Assembly (NCBI GenBank): GCA_965198115.1
Contig: OZ240241.1
Coordinates: forward strand, 4,640,001-4,704,000
DNA from: Candidatus Latescibacterota bacterium
GTDB lineage: Bacteria; Latescibacterota; UBA2968
Length of the DNA: 64,000 bases
Reading direction: 5' to 3'
Each line of letters starts with the position of its first letter. The first letter of the stretch is position 1. Below the pieces are notes generated by a model. That model was not told the origin of the DNA, made no database searches, and worked only from the letters and a program-made list of their open reading frames with translations. This document shows, piece after piece, positions 1-10,829 of this stretch. The position numbers and the translations under genes were made by a program.

Positions 1-369
1 AGGGGTGAAACATCCCAGCTTTGGGCCGTCGCTCCTGATTGCGTCGATCTTTCTCGCATTCCCGACCAGGAGGCGCCGGGACCTCACTTCGCGATGGGCG
101 GTCATGCTGCGCTGGCCAGTCGACGAGCCGGTGAACGAATGACGGTTGATGTCTCCGACCGCATCGCGTCCAAAGCGCGTGAAGGCGTCGAGGCCTACGA
201 GAAGAAGCGAGCAACCATCCTGACTTACGGCGATGTCGAAACGATCTGGGCCGAAGAGATCCGGCCGAAGCTTGGGGATTTCGCTTCGCTTCAAGAGCCC
301 GAGGATGCGCCTGCTGACGATTCGCAGTGGCGTGCGAATTGGTCGGTGCCGGATTTGACAGGGTTGTGA
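1..369 (+). CDS. Creatininase-family protein, C-terminal part (5' truncated by window)
   Basis: Frame 1 is open from base 1: GETSQLWAVAPDCVDLSRIP...ASRRAGERM resembles the ETS..L...P..V C-terminal motif of creatinine amidohydrolases. Confidence 0.55.
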   Translation, partial: RGETSQLWAVAPDCVDLSRIPDQEAPGPHFAMGGHAALASRRAGERMTVDVSDRIASKAREGVEAYEKKRATILTYGDVETIWAEEIRPKLGDFASLQEPEDAPADDSQWRANWSVPDLTGL

Positions 370-390
370 AAGGCTCCCTACCGAAACATA

Positions 391-437
391 GTCCCCGTGC
401 CTGTCCTGAGCGGAGTCGACGGGCTCCGCACGGGGAC
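391..437. repeat. REP-like palindrome GTCCCCGTGC/GCACGGGGAC with a nested CCTGTCCTGAGCGGAGTCGACGGG unit
   Basis: 10-bp inverted repeat at 391-400/428-437; a related empty copy CGTCCCCGTGCTGAACACGGGGACG lies at ~59577-59601. Confidence 0.7.
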
Positions 438-493
438 ACTGTGACTCCATATAATCACCTTTCCTGACAACTGACTTCTGACGACTGCCTTCC

Positions 494-2230
494 ATGAAAC
501 CCAACATCATCTTCATCCTCACCGACGATCAAGGCTATGGGGAACTCGGTTGCCACGGCAATACCGTGATCCGGACGCCCCATCTCGACCGTCTGCACGG
601 TGAAAGTGTTCGCCTCACGAATTATCACGTCGGCCCGACGTGTGCGCCGACGCGTGCTGGTCTCATGACCGGCCACTTCCACAACAGCACGGGCGTCTGG
701 CACACCATCGGTGGACGGTCACTCCTCCGTCAGGACGAATACAGCATCGCCGACGCCTTCTCCGATGCGGGCTACCGCACCGGGCTCTTCGGCAAGTGGC
801 ATCTGGGCGACAACTACCCCTACCGCCCTCAAGATCGCGGCTTCCACGACACCTCTACACACGGCGGCGGCGGTGTCGGCAATACGCCCGACTACTGGGG
901 CAACAACTACAACGACGATCACTACGCCGTGAACGGCGACTCGACCCCTTTTGAAGGGTACTGCACTGACATCTGGTTCAACGAGGGTCTGAAGTTCATC
1001 GAACGGAACAAAGACCGTCCGTTTCTCTGTTTCATCACCACCAACGCCCCTCACGGCCCCTTCATCGTCGACGACAGCTACAGCCGCCAGTATGACGGGC
1101 AAGTTCCCACGGAAAGCCGCGCCAACTTTTTCGGCATGATCACCTGCATCGACGAGAACGTCGGGGCATTACGACGTCGGATCGACGAGCTCGGCATCGC
1201 CAGCAATACGATCCTCATTTTCGGGACGGATAACGGAACCGCACACGGATGCACCACCGGCGAGGGCCAGTTCATCGAGAACGGATACAACGCGGAGATG
1301 CGCGGTATCAAGGGATCGGAATACGAAGGCGGCCACCGCGTTCCCCTGTTCATCCACTGGCCAGCTGGAGGCTTGACGGAAGGTCGCGACGTATCAGAGC
1401 TGACGGCGAACGTCGATATGATGCCGTCGCTGCTGGATCTGTGTGGTATCGCAACCGATCGCGAGTTCGACGGTGTCAGCATCGCGTCCCTCATGAAGGG
1501 CGACGCTGGCGAATGGCCGGACCGGACACTCGTTACCGACTCCCAGCGTATCACCACACCGGAGAAATGGCGCAAGAGTTCGACGATGACGCAGCTGTGG
1601 CGCCTTGTCAACGGTGAAGAGCTCTACGACATCCAGGCCGATCCCGGCCAGACAACCGATGTGTCAGCCGCCCATCCCGATGTCGTGGCGAGGTTGCGTG
1701 AGGATTACGATCGCTGGTGGGACAAAGTGTCTCAGCAGTTCGACGGCACCGTCCCGATCCCGATCGGCCACGAGGACGAGCCATCGATGCGACTGAACGC
1801 CCACGACTGGCGAAACCCCGAAGCCGAGTGTGCCTGGAACCAGGCACAGGTTCGAGCAGGACACGCGTGCAATGGCTACTGGGAAATCGACGTCGCGGTC
1901 GGGGGAACGTATCGCTTCGAACTGCGACGATGGCCCCGCGAAGAAAATCGACCCATCGTCGCCGGGATCGACGGCGATCTGAAGGGCTACGGCGAGATCA
2001 AGGAAGGCTATGGTGGAGGCGTCGCCCTTGCAGTCACCAGGGCGCGGATCCGGGTCAGCGATTTCGAAGACGAAGCCGACGTCACGTCGGACGACAACGG
2101 CATCGTCTTCACTGCCGAACTGAATCCCGGCGAGACCAACATCCAGACCTGGTTCGACCTCGAGGACGGCTCGTCCGTCGGCGCCTACTACATCTACATC
2201 GACCGGATAACAGCGACCAGGTCGCCTTAA
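494..2230 (+). CDS. Arylsulfatase (formylglycine-dependent, Cys-type) with C-terminal beta domain
   Basis: PNIIFILTDDQG, CAPTR (CxPxR), GKWHLG, TDNG motifs; 578 aa. Confidence 0.93.
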   Translation: MKPNIIFILTDDQGYGELGCHGNTVIRTPHLDRLHGESVRLTNYHVGPTCAPTRAGLMTGHFHNSTGVWHTIGGRSLLRQDEYSIADAFSDAGYRTGLFGKWHLGDNYPYRPQDRGFHDTSTHGGGGVGNTPDYWGNNYNDDHYAVNGDSTPFEGYCTDIWFNEGLKFIERNKDRPFLCFITTNAPHGPFIVDDSYSRQYDGQVPTESRANFFGMITCIDENVGALRRRIDELGIASNTILIFGTDNGTAHGCTTGEGQFIENGYNAEMRGIKGSEYEGGHRVPLFIHWPAGGLTEGRDVSELTANVDMMPSLLDLCGIATDREFDGVSIASLMKGDAGEWPDRTLVTDSQRITTPEKWRKSSTMTQLWRLVNGEELYDIQADPGQTTDVSAAHPDVVARLREDYDRWWDKVSQQFDGTVPIPIGHEDEPSMRLNAHDWRNPEAECAWNQAQVRAGHACNGYWEIDVAVGGTYRFELRRWPREENRPIVAGIDGDLKGYGEIKEGYGGGVALAVTRARIRVSDFEDEADVTSDDNGIVFTAELNPGETNIQTWFDLEDGSSVGAYYIYIDRITATRSP

Positions 2231-2248
2231 GAGAGAGAGGAAGAGTAC

Positions 2249-2340
2249 TGTCATCCCGGCAATTCTCAGGCCGGGATCCATTTTCGCTTCGGTCTTTCAA
2301 TGAAAGATGGACCCCGGCCAAAAAGCGTACCGGGGTGACA
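2249..2340. repeat. Intergenic double-hairpin palindromic element (TGTCATCCCGG...CCGGGATCCA...TGGACCCCGG...CCGGGGTGACA)
   Basis: Terminal inverted repeats with two internal hairpins; second copy at 10706-10802. Confidence 0.8.
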
Positions 2341-2394
2341 ATGCGTAGTCGCAGTCGCTCACGTTGCTCATTGGTTGTAGCCTGATAGGAAGAG

Positions 2395-3429
2395 ATGCTC
2401 CCTATTCGCTTCGCCATCATCGGCGCGGGAATGATCAGCCAGCTCCACGCTCGCGTTATTCAGGACCTCGCTGACGCGGAGCTCGTCGCCGTTTGCTCAC
2501 GAGACCACGGGCGAGCGAAGTCCATCACCGACGCCTTCGCTGGAGATCCGACCACCGATCTCGACGCGCTGTTCGCACGCGACGATATTGACGCCGTTTC
2601 CGTCTGCACCGCCAGCGGCGAACACGCCGCGTTCGGTATACCCGCGGCCGAGGCGGGCAAACACGTCCTGGTCGAGAAACCCATCGAGATCCATCTCGAC
2701 CGGGCTGATGCACTCATCGATGCCTGCGATCGGAACGGGGTCAAGCTGGGTGTGATCTTCCAGCTTCGCTTCCTCGACGATTCCGTTGAAGTCAGACAGG
2801 CGATCGACCGCGGTTTTCTCGGTAACCCCGTGATGGCCGACTGCTACATGAAATTCTACCGTCCACAGGAGTACTACAGCGACTCTCGATGGAAGGGTAC
2901 TCAGGCCCTCGACGGTGGAGGCGCTTTGATCAACCAGGGCATCCATGGCCTTGATCTCTTGCTCCATCTCGCCGGTGACATCGCGTCCGTTCAGGCTTAC
3001 ACCGACGTAAGGGCCCACGAGAACATAGAAGTCGAAGACACGTGCGTTGCCGCGGTCAAATACACGAACGGAGCACTCGGCGTCATCCAGGCGACCACTT
3101 CAATCCACCCTGACTTTCAGCAGCGCATCGAGCTCCACGGGTCGGAAGGTACGATCATCCTGGAAGGCACGGAAGATGTCTGGATCAATCATTGGGAAAC
3201 ATTCAAGGATGGGGCTCGACAGATCGAAGAACGGGCTCCGGTCGAGCACTCCGCCGCCGCGGTTCTCGAAGAGGGCGGAAAGGGCCACGTCCGCCAGATT
3301 CTGGACTTCGTCAATGCCATTCGCGATGATCGGGAGCCCCTCGTCAACGGGGCGGAAGGAAGACGATCACTAGCCGTTGTCCGAGCCATCTACGAATCTG
3401 CGGCGCAAGGGAAGGAAGTCACGTTGTAG
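2395..3429 (+). CDS. Gfo/Idh/MocA family oxidoreductase
   Basis: IIGAGMI Rossmann motif, GKHVLVEKP, DGGGALINQGIH. Confidence 0.93.
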   Translation: MLPIRFAIIGAGMISQLHARVIQDLADAELVAVCSRDHGRAKSITDAFAGDPTTDLDALFARDDIDAVSVCTASGEHAAFGIPAAEAGKHVLVEKPIEIHLDRADALIDACDRNGVKLGVIFQLRFLDDSVEVRQAIDRGFLGNPVMADCYMKFYRPQEYYSDSRWKGTQALDGGGALINQGIHGLDLLLHLAGDIASVQAYTDVRAHENIEVEDTCVAAVKYTNGALGVIQATTSIHPDFQQRIELHGSEGTIILEGTEDVWINHWETFKDGARQIEERAPVEHSAAAVLEEGGKGHVRQILDFVNAIRDDREPLVNGAEGRRSLAVVRAIYESAAQGKEVTL

Positions 3430-3462
3430 GAGACGAAGACACGTAGTCGCTGAAATCACCGA

Positions 3463-3490
3463 GTAGGGCCACGGCATGCCGTGGCCCTAC
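3463..3490. repeat. GTAG-type REP, perfect 28-bp palindrome
   Basis: GTAGGGCCACGGCATGCCGTGGCCCTAC; sister copy at 50192-50219. Confidence 0.8.
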
Positions 3491-3518
3491 GATGGCGCAT
3501 CACACACGAGGAGAAAAC

Positions 3519-4064
3519 ATGGTCGTTGTTTTCGAAGATTCATTCACAGACAGCCTCGGCGAGGGTTGGTCGTGGATCCGTGAGCACGAGGGCTTTTGGC
3601 GTATTGCAGATGGCGGCGGGCTGGAAATCCGCGTCGAGCCAGGCGTGAAGGACACGGTTCTGAACGCTCTGCTACGCTCGGCACCACCCCGTCCGTATAC
3701 CGTTGAAATGACGATCACGAATCATACGCACCCGACGACGCAGTATGAGCAGGCAGGGATCACCCTCTACAACAATGGGGAACCGGTGTTTAAGGAGGTC
3801 AAGGAGATGATCGACGGAGACCTTTACATCATCCCGGGCAAAAAACCGATGCCCGCCGATTCCGTGCGCCTCCGTTTAAAGGTGTCATCAGAAGGATGGG
3901 AAGCCCAGTTTCGTCCTGGTGGAGCGACCGATTTCGAAACAGCCGCCGCGGGCGAACTTGCACCGGAGCAGAACGATCAGATCAGCGTGCAATGCTACAA
4001 CGGCCCTGAGGAGGGCGAACATTGGATTCGCTTTGAGGACTTTCAGATTACCTCGGGAGACTGA
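3519..4064 (+). CDS. DUF1349/concanavalin-like beta-sandwich protein
   Basis: FEDSF...LGEGWSWIRE and QYEQAGI motifs; GAGGAG RBS before ATG 3519. Confidence 0.6.
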   Translation: MVVVFEDSFTDSLGEGWSWIREHEGFWRIADGGGLEIRVEPGVKDTVLNALLRSAPPRPYTVEMTITNHTHPTTQYEQAGITLYNNGEPVFKEVKEMIDGDLYIIPGKKPMPADSVRLRLKVSSEGWEAQFRPGGATDFETAAAGELAPEQNDQISVQCYNGPEEGEHWIRFEDFQITSGD

Positions 4065-4066
4065 AG

Positions 4067-5434
4067 ATGATCGATGTTGGGACCAAACGTCAGCTGCTTC
4101 TGGACGATCTCTTTTTCGACTCGATGGACGGCGTTGAGCTCGTCGCGCACGAACCGACAAGGCGCGAAGTATCCGTCGAAAGCGATCGATCGTGGGAGTC
4201 GGGAGGAGTTCACTACTCGAGCGTCGTTCAGGACGGTGATCGATTCCGGATGTGGTATCGCGCGGATACGGGTGGCGATCCGAACAGTGCGATCGATTCG
4301 GAGTCCTGGATCTGCTATGCGGAGAGCACGGATGGGATCGCGTGGGAAAAGCCAAACCTCGGCATCGTGAAGTCCGTGGAGAACGGGAAAAACAACATTC
4401 TGTTTCCTGATAAAGCCTCCGGCATCAACCCGTGCGTCATCCTCGATCCATCCGCATCGGACCACGAGCGCTACAAGATGATCACACGCGGTTCCGGACC
4501 CGCCCACGTTCTCGGCTACACCTCCGCCGACGGAATCGAGTGGCAACCGATAGCAGAGAATCCACTGCTATCCGAACCAGGTCCGTTCGACAGTCACAAC
4601 GTGCTCGTCTACGACGACGAAGCGGATCGATATGTCGTTTTCTGCCGTGGGGTCGACACAAATCGGCGGGGAAATTTCAAGGACGGTATCCGCGCCATCC
4701 GTCGCGCCGAGTCCAAGGACTTCCACGCGTGGTCCGACATGAAAATCGTCGTGACCGCCGATGAGAACGACCCGACCGATCTACACCTCTACACCAACGC
4801 GGCCTACCGTTATACACGGGCTCAACGCGCCTGGATGATGTTCCCGATGATCTTGTATGTCGATCGCGAGGGGGACGCCAACAGTTATCCCGGGCTCTCG
4901 GATGCCCAATTCGTCGTCAGCCGCGACGGTGTCACCTGGGACCGTCGATTCAGACGTCCGTTCCTCTCACCCGGGCGGGATGTGCGAGACTGGGTCGACC
5001 GCAACCCGATCGTCGGCATCGGAATGCTCCAAACGGCACCCGACGAACTCTCCCTCTACTACTCCGAGCTTCTGCGGTGCGATGACTGTCGCTTCAGCCG
5101 GTGCACGATCCGAACAGATGGGTTTGTGTCCGCACGGGGCCCCTACGACCGGTGGGGTGAATTCACGTCACCACCACTCGAGACAGCCGGACAGGGCCTC
5201 GAAGTCAACTACAAGACGACGGGGGGCGGCGTCATGGACGTCAAAATCCAGGACGCCAACGGTAACCCTCTCCCCGGTTTCTCATTCGAGGACTGCGACA
5301 CCCTTTTCGGCGACCTCATCGACGCGACCGTGACGTGGAACGGCAAAAACCGTTTCAGCCCTTCAGGCAAGGCCACCAGACTTCACATCCGACTCAGAGA
5401 CGCCGACCTCTTCGCCTTCCGCTTTATCCCTTGA
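4067..5434 (+). CDS. Five-bladed beta-propeller glycoside hydrolase-like protein (GH43/32/130-like clan)
   Basis: FRMWY, YAESTDGIAWEKP, Asp-box-like SxDGxxW repeats, C-terminal RTDGFVS beta domain. Confidence 0.7.
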   Translation: MIDVGTKRQLLLDDLFFDSMDGVELVAHEPTRREVSVESDRSWESGGVHYSSVVQDGDRFRMWYRADTGGDPNSAIDSESWICYAESTDGIAWEKPNLGIVKSVENGKNNILFPDKASGINPCVILDPSASDHERYKMITRGSGPAHVLGYTSADGIEWQPIAENPLLSEPGPFDSHNVLVYDDEADRYVVFCRGVDTNRRGNFKDGIRAIRRAESKDFHAWSDMKIVVTADENDPTDLHLYTNAAYRYTRAQRAWMMFPMILYVDREGDANSYPGLSDAQFVVSRDGVTWDRRFRRPFLSPGRDVRDWVDRNPIVGIGMLQTAPDELSLYYSELLRCDDCRFSRCTIRTDGFVSARGPYDRWGEFTSPPLETAGQGLEVNYKTTGGGVMDVKIQDANGNPLPGFSFEDCDTLFGDLIDATVTWNGKNRFSPSGKATRLHIRLRDADLFAFRFIP

Positions 5435-5448
5435 TCACCTCACGGAGG

Positions 5449-6869
5449 GGCTATATCCGGATCTCTCAACGAGCTGAAGTGGGTGAAGGTGCCGTGGTTC
5501 CTGGCATGGGGGCGCGGTTAGCGTGTGCGGAACCTCTTCGGAATCTGCTCAGGGATGTTTATGTCTCCGACGGTAAGGAAGATCATATCGTTGAATGCGT
5601 CGAGTGTGCGGAATCCGCTGGCTCGGTTCTTGACGATTTGGACGATTCGGTTGAGGCCTTCGGCGATGGCGTTGGTAAGACGCGTGTTCACGAATGCGAG
5701 GACGCCGAAGAAGTGCTGTCGCAGGGTCCTGACGAACTTTCGCAGGGGTTCAAGTCGACTTCTGAGTGCGGACGTCGTCCAGCATTTCAGGAAGCGTTCG
5801 GCAGCCCAGGGCGCTTTGTATTCCCAGAACTGCTCGAACTCGTCCTTGAGTCTCCAGGCTCTATAGATTCGGTAGTTCGCCTTCTCCAGTGCTTTGAGTG
5901 TCCGAGTATCCCCTCTGGAGCGTGTCGCTGAGTGCCGGTAGAGGAGCCATCGGAGGCCCTTCATGGCTTTGCGCTCATCCGGGGCAGCTTTACGCCACTG
6001 GTCCTTACGGACCTCGTCAACGGCGACATTGAGAGCCTTGACGATGTGAAAGCGATCGAGGACCAGCTTGGCATTCGGACAGTGTTCCTGGATGGCTCCG
6101 ATGTAAGCTTCGCTCATGTCGCAGCAGGCCCCACTCGATCTTGGATCTCTGGTAGGGACTGAGAGCCTCTGTGAAGAACCGATCGATCGTTTTACGCGCC
6201 CTGCCGCGGCCAACCCACACCACGCAGGAGCGGTCCAGATCGTAAACGAGCGTGGCGTACCTGTGACGCTTGGCGTAGGAGATCTCGTCGATCCCGATGG
6301 TTTTGAGCCCTCGGATACGATGACCTTCACGAAGCCGCGTGATGGATCGGTGAAGGAGATCCGACAGCGTCGAGGCAGAGATGCGCAGTAACTCGGACGC
6401 CGCCTTCTGCGTCATGGTCTGGCAGTAGCGCAGCATGGCATACTCGAAGCGATACGTCACCCGAGAGAACCGCTCCGCCCACGGAATCTCCTCGACCACA
6501 CGACCGTGGGTAGGACACCGAATCTCCCGAGGATGGTAGAGAAGCCAGACCCTCCACCCGCACACCGGAATGTCACGCCACCGACGCGGATGGGGCATTG
6601 TGCGGACGATTTTACCTCGACGGCCGCACTCCGGACAACAACAACCATTCTTATGGGGCTTTACGGCGATGACGAAGCAGCTTCTCCCCTCAAACCACCA
6701 GCTGACAACACGGAACCCCTTGAATCTCAGCAGTTCCGATAGTAATCTGCTCCCGGTCATAGGTCGCACCCCCTTCGCTTTGATTGTCCTACACACACAA
6801 CCAAGCGTAGGGAACGATCTATGACCTTGTCATTCTATAGTTTCACCGTTGAGAAACCCGGATAGAGCC
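5449..6869 (-). mobile_element. ISL3-family insertion sequence, copy 1
   Basis: IRs GGCTATATCCGGATCTCTCAACG / CGTTGAGAAACCCGGATAGAGCC; 8-bp direct repeat CACGGAGG at 5441-5448 and 6870-6877; near-identical to 26921-28347. Confidence 0.95.
5518..6760 (-). pseudogene. ISL3 transposase, frameshifted (extra G near 6130)
   Basis: CPECG zinc finger, IGIDE, CDMSEAY, LDRFH, TNAIAEGLN motifs across two frames; GGGG here versus GGG in copy 2. Confidence 0.9.
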
Positions 6870-6995
6870 CACGGAGGTGCCCCGCTCATCCCGAGTGCCG
6901 GACTCAGGAAAGCGTTCTACCAGGTCGTTGCCGGATGCTCTTTGATCCGGTGTTCGAGGGACGCACGGGGACTATCCATCCAGCGCTCCGAACCC

Positions 6996-8360
6996 ATGCC
7001 GCATTCGATCCCCCTAACCATTCCAGATACCATCTCCCGCTTCGACGAGAGATCTCACCTCCGAACGGTTGACCCGACAGTGCCTCGATCGCATCGCTGA
7101 ATCCCAGAACCTCCTGAATGCCTTCGCTCTCGTGACAGAGGATCTCGCGATCGCAAGCGCCCGTGCTGCAGATGAGCGAAGGGCGAAGGGAGAATCCCTC
7201 GGTCCGCTCGACGGCATTCCCATCGGGGTCAAGGATCTGTTCGACCTCGAAGGCGTGCCTACGGCCGGCGGATGCCGCGCATACGCGAAAGATGTTGCAG
7301 CGAAGGACTCGAATGTCTGCGCGCGTCTGAAGGCAGCCGGCGCCGTCATCGTCGGTAAGACCACGACCCCCGAGTTGGCGTGCGGCTTCGAAACGATGTC
7401 CGACCTTCACGGAGTCACAACGAATCCGTGGGGGCCGAATCTCTCACCCCGAGGATCATCGGGCGGTTCGGCCGTCGCCGTTGCAGCCGGTCTGGCGATA
7501 GGGGCAATCGGAACGGATACGGGTGGGTCGGTACGGGGTCCAGCAGCTTGGTGTGGGTGGTGGGGTATGTGCCGTCATTCGGACTCATCGGACGTTCGGG
7601 CGTGCACCACTTCTCGACATCGCTCGACCACGTCGGGTTCTACGGTCGCTGTGTCGACGATGTTGCCTTCCAGTTCGATGCACTGGTAGGAAGAGATCCA
7701 GAGGATCCAGCCAGCCAGGACCCTCCGGACGCGTCGCTGTTGGAAAGGGTCCGGCCCGATGTCTCAGACCTCAGAATCGGTGTCATACGATCGGTAACAG
7801 AGTCTGCCGACAAGGAGGTCCGTCCATCCTTCGAACTGTCCTTATCCCATCTCGAGGCGCTTGGCGCACGCCTCAGCGACATCGAGCCCTTCGAAGGCAT
7901 CGAGCTCGAGCATCCGATCGTAAATGCCGAATATGCGTCGAAGCACGGCGACCGGGTGAAACGGACACCAGAACTATTCGGGGCAAGGGTCCGACGACAC
8001 CTGGAACGTGGGCTCGAGGTCCCTGAATCGGTTTATCGAGAAGGTCTCGAACACCGCGCCTCTTTGCAGACAGAGGTCGAGCGCCGGATCGATGGCATGG
8101 ACGCAGTCGTCTGCCCGACAAGCCTCACGCTACCGAAACCACACGGAGAAGACGATCGGGCCAAGCAAGACGCCAACGTGACGATCCCCTTCAACATCGC
8201 CCGTCTCTCGATAATCGCCATTCCTAACGGCCTGTCTGACGGCCTGCCCACCTCACTGATGATCGGGGCCCGCAACGGACGGGACGAAGTCGTATTGGCC
8301 GTCGCCCGTGCGCTTCAAGGTGTAACTGACCATCACTTGAACTTGCCCCCGATGCTTTGA
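6996..8360 (+). CDS. Amidase signature family (GatA-like) protein, two apparent frameshifts (~7050, ~7560)
   Basis: GIPIGVKD, GSSGGSA, GTDTGGSVRGPAAWCG; C-terminal half continues in the 7380..8360 frame. Confidence 0.85.
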
Positions 8361-8366
8361 AAGCCC

Positions 8367-8806
8367 ATGCCTTCAACAGCCGTCAAAGCACTTGGAGAAA
8401 TTGCGCTACGGGTCAACGACCTTCCTGGAATGCGAGCGTTTTATTCGGAGACGTTCGGCCTCGAACTGATGGGCGATCATTCTGAGCACCACGCCTTCTT
8501 CAAGATCGCAGAGGGCTACGCAGAGCACACCGCCGTCCTCGCGCTGTTCCATCGTGACGTGGAGGTCAGCGCAGAACGCACGACGGTCGATCACATCGCG
8601 TTTACGATCGACCTGACTGACTACGAAACGGAAAAGGAGAGATTGGAGTCACTCGGTCTGGAGGTCCCGGACAGCCGAGCACGCTTGGGTTCAATGGCGA
8701 TCGCTTTACGTAGACGACCCCGAAGGCAATACCGTGGAGCTCGTCTGTTTCGATCCAAACATCGAAAAGGGTAATGCCTTCCAACAGGACGATGCCCAAA
8801 CAGTAA
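8367..8806 (+). CDS. VOC/glyoxalase family protein, frameshift near 8665
   Basis: LGEIALRVNDL, DHIAF; the shifted frame gives WRSLYVDDPEGNTVELVCFD to TAA 8806. Confidence 0.85.
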
Positions 8807-8835
8807 CGCCCCCACACAGACGAGTGCGGGGGCGT
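8806..8835. terminator. Hairpin between convergent genes, probable terminator
   Basis: ACGCCCCCACAC...GTGCGGGGGCGT stem. Confidence 0.55.
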
Positions 8836-8859
8836 ACTACATTGCTTGATCGGTGACGA

Positions 8860-9627
8860 TCAATGCGCTTCGACAGGGACGCCCTCCAACAGTCCTTTCT
8901 CGTACATATCGTTCCACGAATCCAGGAAGACCTTGTTCCACTGCTCCGTCAGCGGATGCTCGAGCATGTCACGATAGACCGTCCACATCGTCACCAGCTC
9001 ATCCGCGCCGTCCCGGAAAGCGGCGTGAGCAGTTTCCACCGATCGAACCAGCGCCGCCATCACGAACGGGCGATGGGCCCAACCCTTGAACATCTGCGCG
9101 CATTCTCGAATCAGCTGGGTCGGATCGCCACCCACCTGCTTCACCGGATCGCAGAAGGGCAGGATGTGATCGACGCCGGCCTGAGCCACCGCGGCCGCCT
9201 GCGTCAACGAAAAGACCGTCGTGCAGAACGTCTCGACCCCTTCGTCCTTCAGGATCGCGAAGGCTCTCAGCCCGTTCGCCGAACACGGGATCTTCAGAAT
9301 GATCTGATCGGAGAGGTCCGTGAACACCTTTCCAACAGCACGCAGCTCGTCGATTGTGTGTCCATCGATCTCCACCACGATCGGCTTGTCCGTCATTTCC
9401 AGATACTTTTCAACGACCTTGATCGCGGATCCGTGATTCTGGGCATATTCGTTGTGAACCACCGTGTTCAAAACGATACCCGCAATACCCATGGGCATCC
9501 AATCCTTCAAGTCGTTCGGGTCGCCGGCAAGCCAGATCGTCGGCCCTCTCCCTTCGCTGCGGGTGGCTGGCACGCGTCCTATCACGGCGGCCGAGCCGTT
9601 CGATTTCGTGATTCGTTCAGTTGCCAT
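8860..9627 (-). CDS. Divergent transaldolase/fructose-6-phosphate aldolase family protein
   Basis: ILKIP Schiff-base Lys, TTVFSLTQAAAVAQAG, C-terminal HPLT. Confidence 0.8.
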   Translation of the reverse strand: MATERITKSNGSAAVIGRVPATRSEGRGPTIWLAGDPNDLKDWMPMGIAGIVLNTVVHNEYAQNHGSAIKVVEKYLEMTDKPIVVEIDGHTIDELRAVGKVFTDLSDQIILKIPCSANGLRAFAILKDEGVETFCTTVFSLTQAAAVAQAGVDHILPFCDPVKQVGGDPTQLIRECAQMFKGWAHRPFVMAALVRSVETAHAAFRDGADELVTMWTVYRDMLEHPLTEQWNKVFLDSWNDMYEKGLLEGVPVEAH

Positions 9628-9803
9628 ATCTGTTTCCTCCTGGATCGTCAGGTTGCGTACATACTAATACCGCACCCGATATTCTCAAGGAGAAAATGCA
9701 CGACGGCAGAGAAAGACACCCCATTACTTGGCTGGCAACGTGGAACTCTGGAGCGAACAAGAAACCGACAAGCCATCGAGCTCCGCTTCCTATCTTAGTC
9801 ATC

Positions 9804-10520
9804 GTGACCGACCTTGACCAGGTATCCCGATTCATCGACAACTACGACGTCATCCTGCTCGATCAGGGCCGAACCTTCATGTTTGACCTCGATCGCTTCG
9901 CGCCCGATGAGGACTTCGGAGCCGTCTACACCCGTCTCGGGGGGAGGGATCTGACCTCCAGAGTCGTGCAGGACATCGTGTGTCGAACCCTCGAGCGGCT
10001 GAAATCCGCATATGTCGATCCAGAACGCTACGATGACGTCCCAACCGCGGAGGAAGCTGTTGCCTTGACGGCCCCCGATCTGGCACGTGCCGAGCGCAGA
10101 CGGTTGGCCGACATCGTGGGCGTTCAGGAAGTCGGAACAATCTCCGACGAACACGTCGCGATCATCCGCAATCTGGCCGAAACGCATCGACTCGGCATCG
10201 TGTCCAATGTCTGGGGACCTTCGCGCTTCTTCGAGGACAACCTGGCACAACGGGGCATCCTCGATTGCTTCGACGTTCGCATTTGGTCGTCCGATCACCG
10301 CTGCGTCAAACCCAGCCACCGACTTTTCAAGCATGCTCTGAAACTGTTCAACGTGCCGCCGGACAGAATCGTCTACGTGGGGGACGATCCGGAACGGGAC
10401 GTCCCGCCCAGCAAAGCCATGGGTATGGGCGCCGTGTGGATCGACAACGGCACGCGCGACCAACCATCCACCATTCCGGACTTCGTCATATCCGATCTGA
10501 GCGAGCTGCCAGATGCCTGA
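9804..10520 (+). CDS. HAD-superfamily hydrolase
   Basis: ILLDQGRT, GIVSN, KPSHRLF, YVGDDPERDV; start inferred at GTG 9804. Confidence 0.85.
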   Translation: MTDLDQVSRFIDNYDVILLDQGRTFMFDLDRFAPDEDFGAVYTRLGGRDLTSRVVQDIVCRTLERLKSAYVDPERYDDVPTAEEAVALTAPDLARAERRRLADIVGVQEVGTISDEHVAIIRNLAETHRLGIVSNVWGPSRFFEDNLAQRGILDCFDVRIWSSDHRCVKPSHRLFKHALKLFNVPPDRIVYVGDDPERDVPPSKAMGMGAVWIDNGTRDQPSTIPDFVISDLSELPDA

Positions 10521-10705
10521 AAGTCACGACGTCGACAGATGTTGAAGGATCGAGATACGTCGTGACCAGCACATATGTGGTACAGGGAGGGACCTGCTAG
10601 CATAGAGCACTCTCTAGCGAGATCGTTGCATTCAGCATTCTCAATCACGATCCTTAGCCCTGGTAGTGAGGAGACAACACCGAATGTCAGCCAGAGCGGA
10701 AACAT

Positions 10706-10802
10706 TGTCACCCCGGTTCAGTACTTAACCGGGGCTCATTTTGACTTTCGGGAAGGACAGGGTAGAAAATGGATCCCGGCTCAGAGGACTACCGGGATGA
10801 CA
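10706..10802. repeat. Second copy of the double-hairpin palindromic element
   Basis: TGTCACCCCGG...CCGGGGCTCA...TGGATCCCGG...CCGGGATGACA. Confidence 0.8.
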
Positions 10803-10829
10803 GGCGTTTGAGGCAAGGAATCCTATCTG

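Noticed and set aside
464-490. CTGAC-based heptamer-like repeats (also ~14068, ~28397) as a CRISPR or array
   Set aside because: Only 3-4 degenerate short units without spacers; no cas genes
6110-6140. Programmed frameshift in the ISL3 transposase
   Set aside because: Copy 2 has GGG and reads through this point; ISL3 transposases are normally single ORFs
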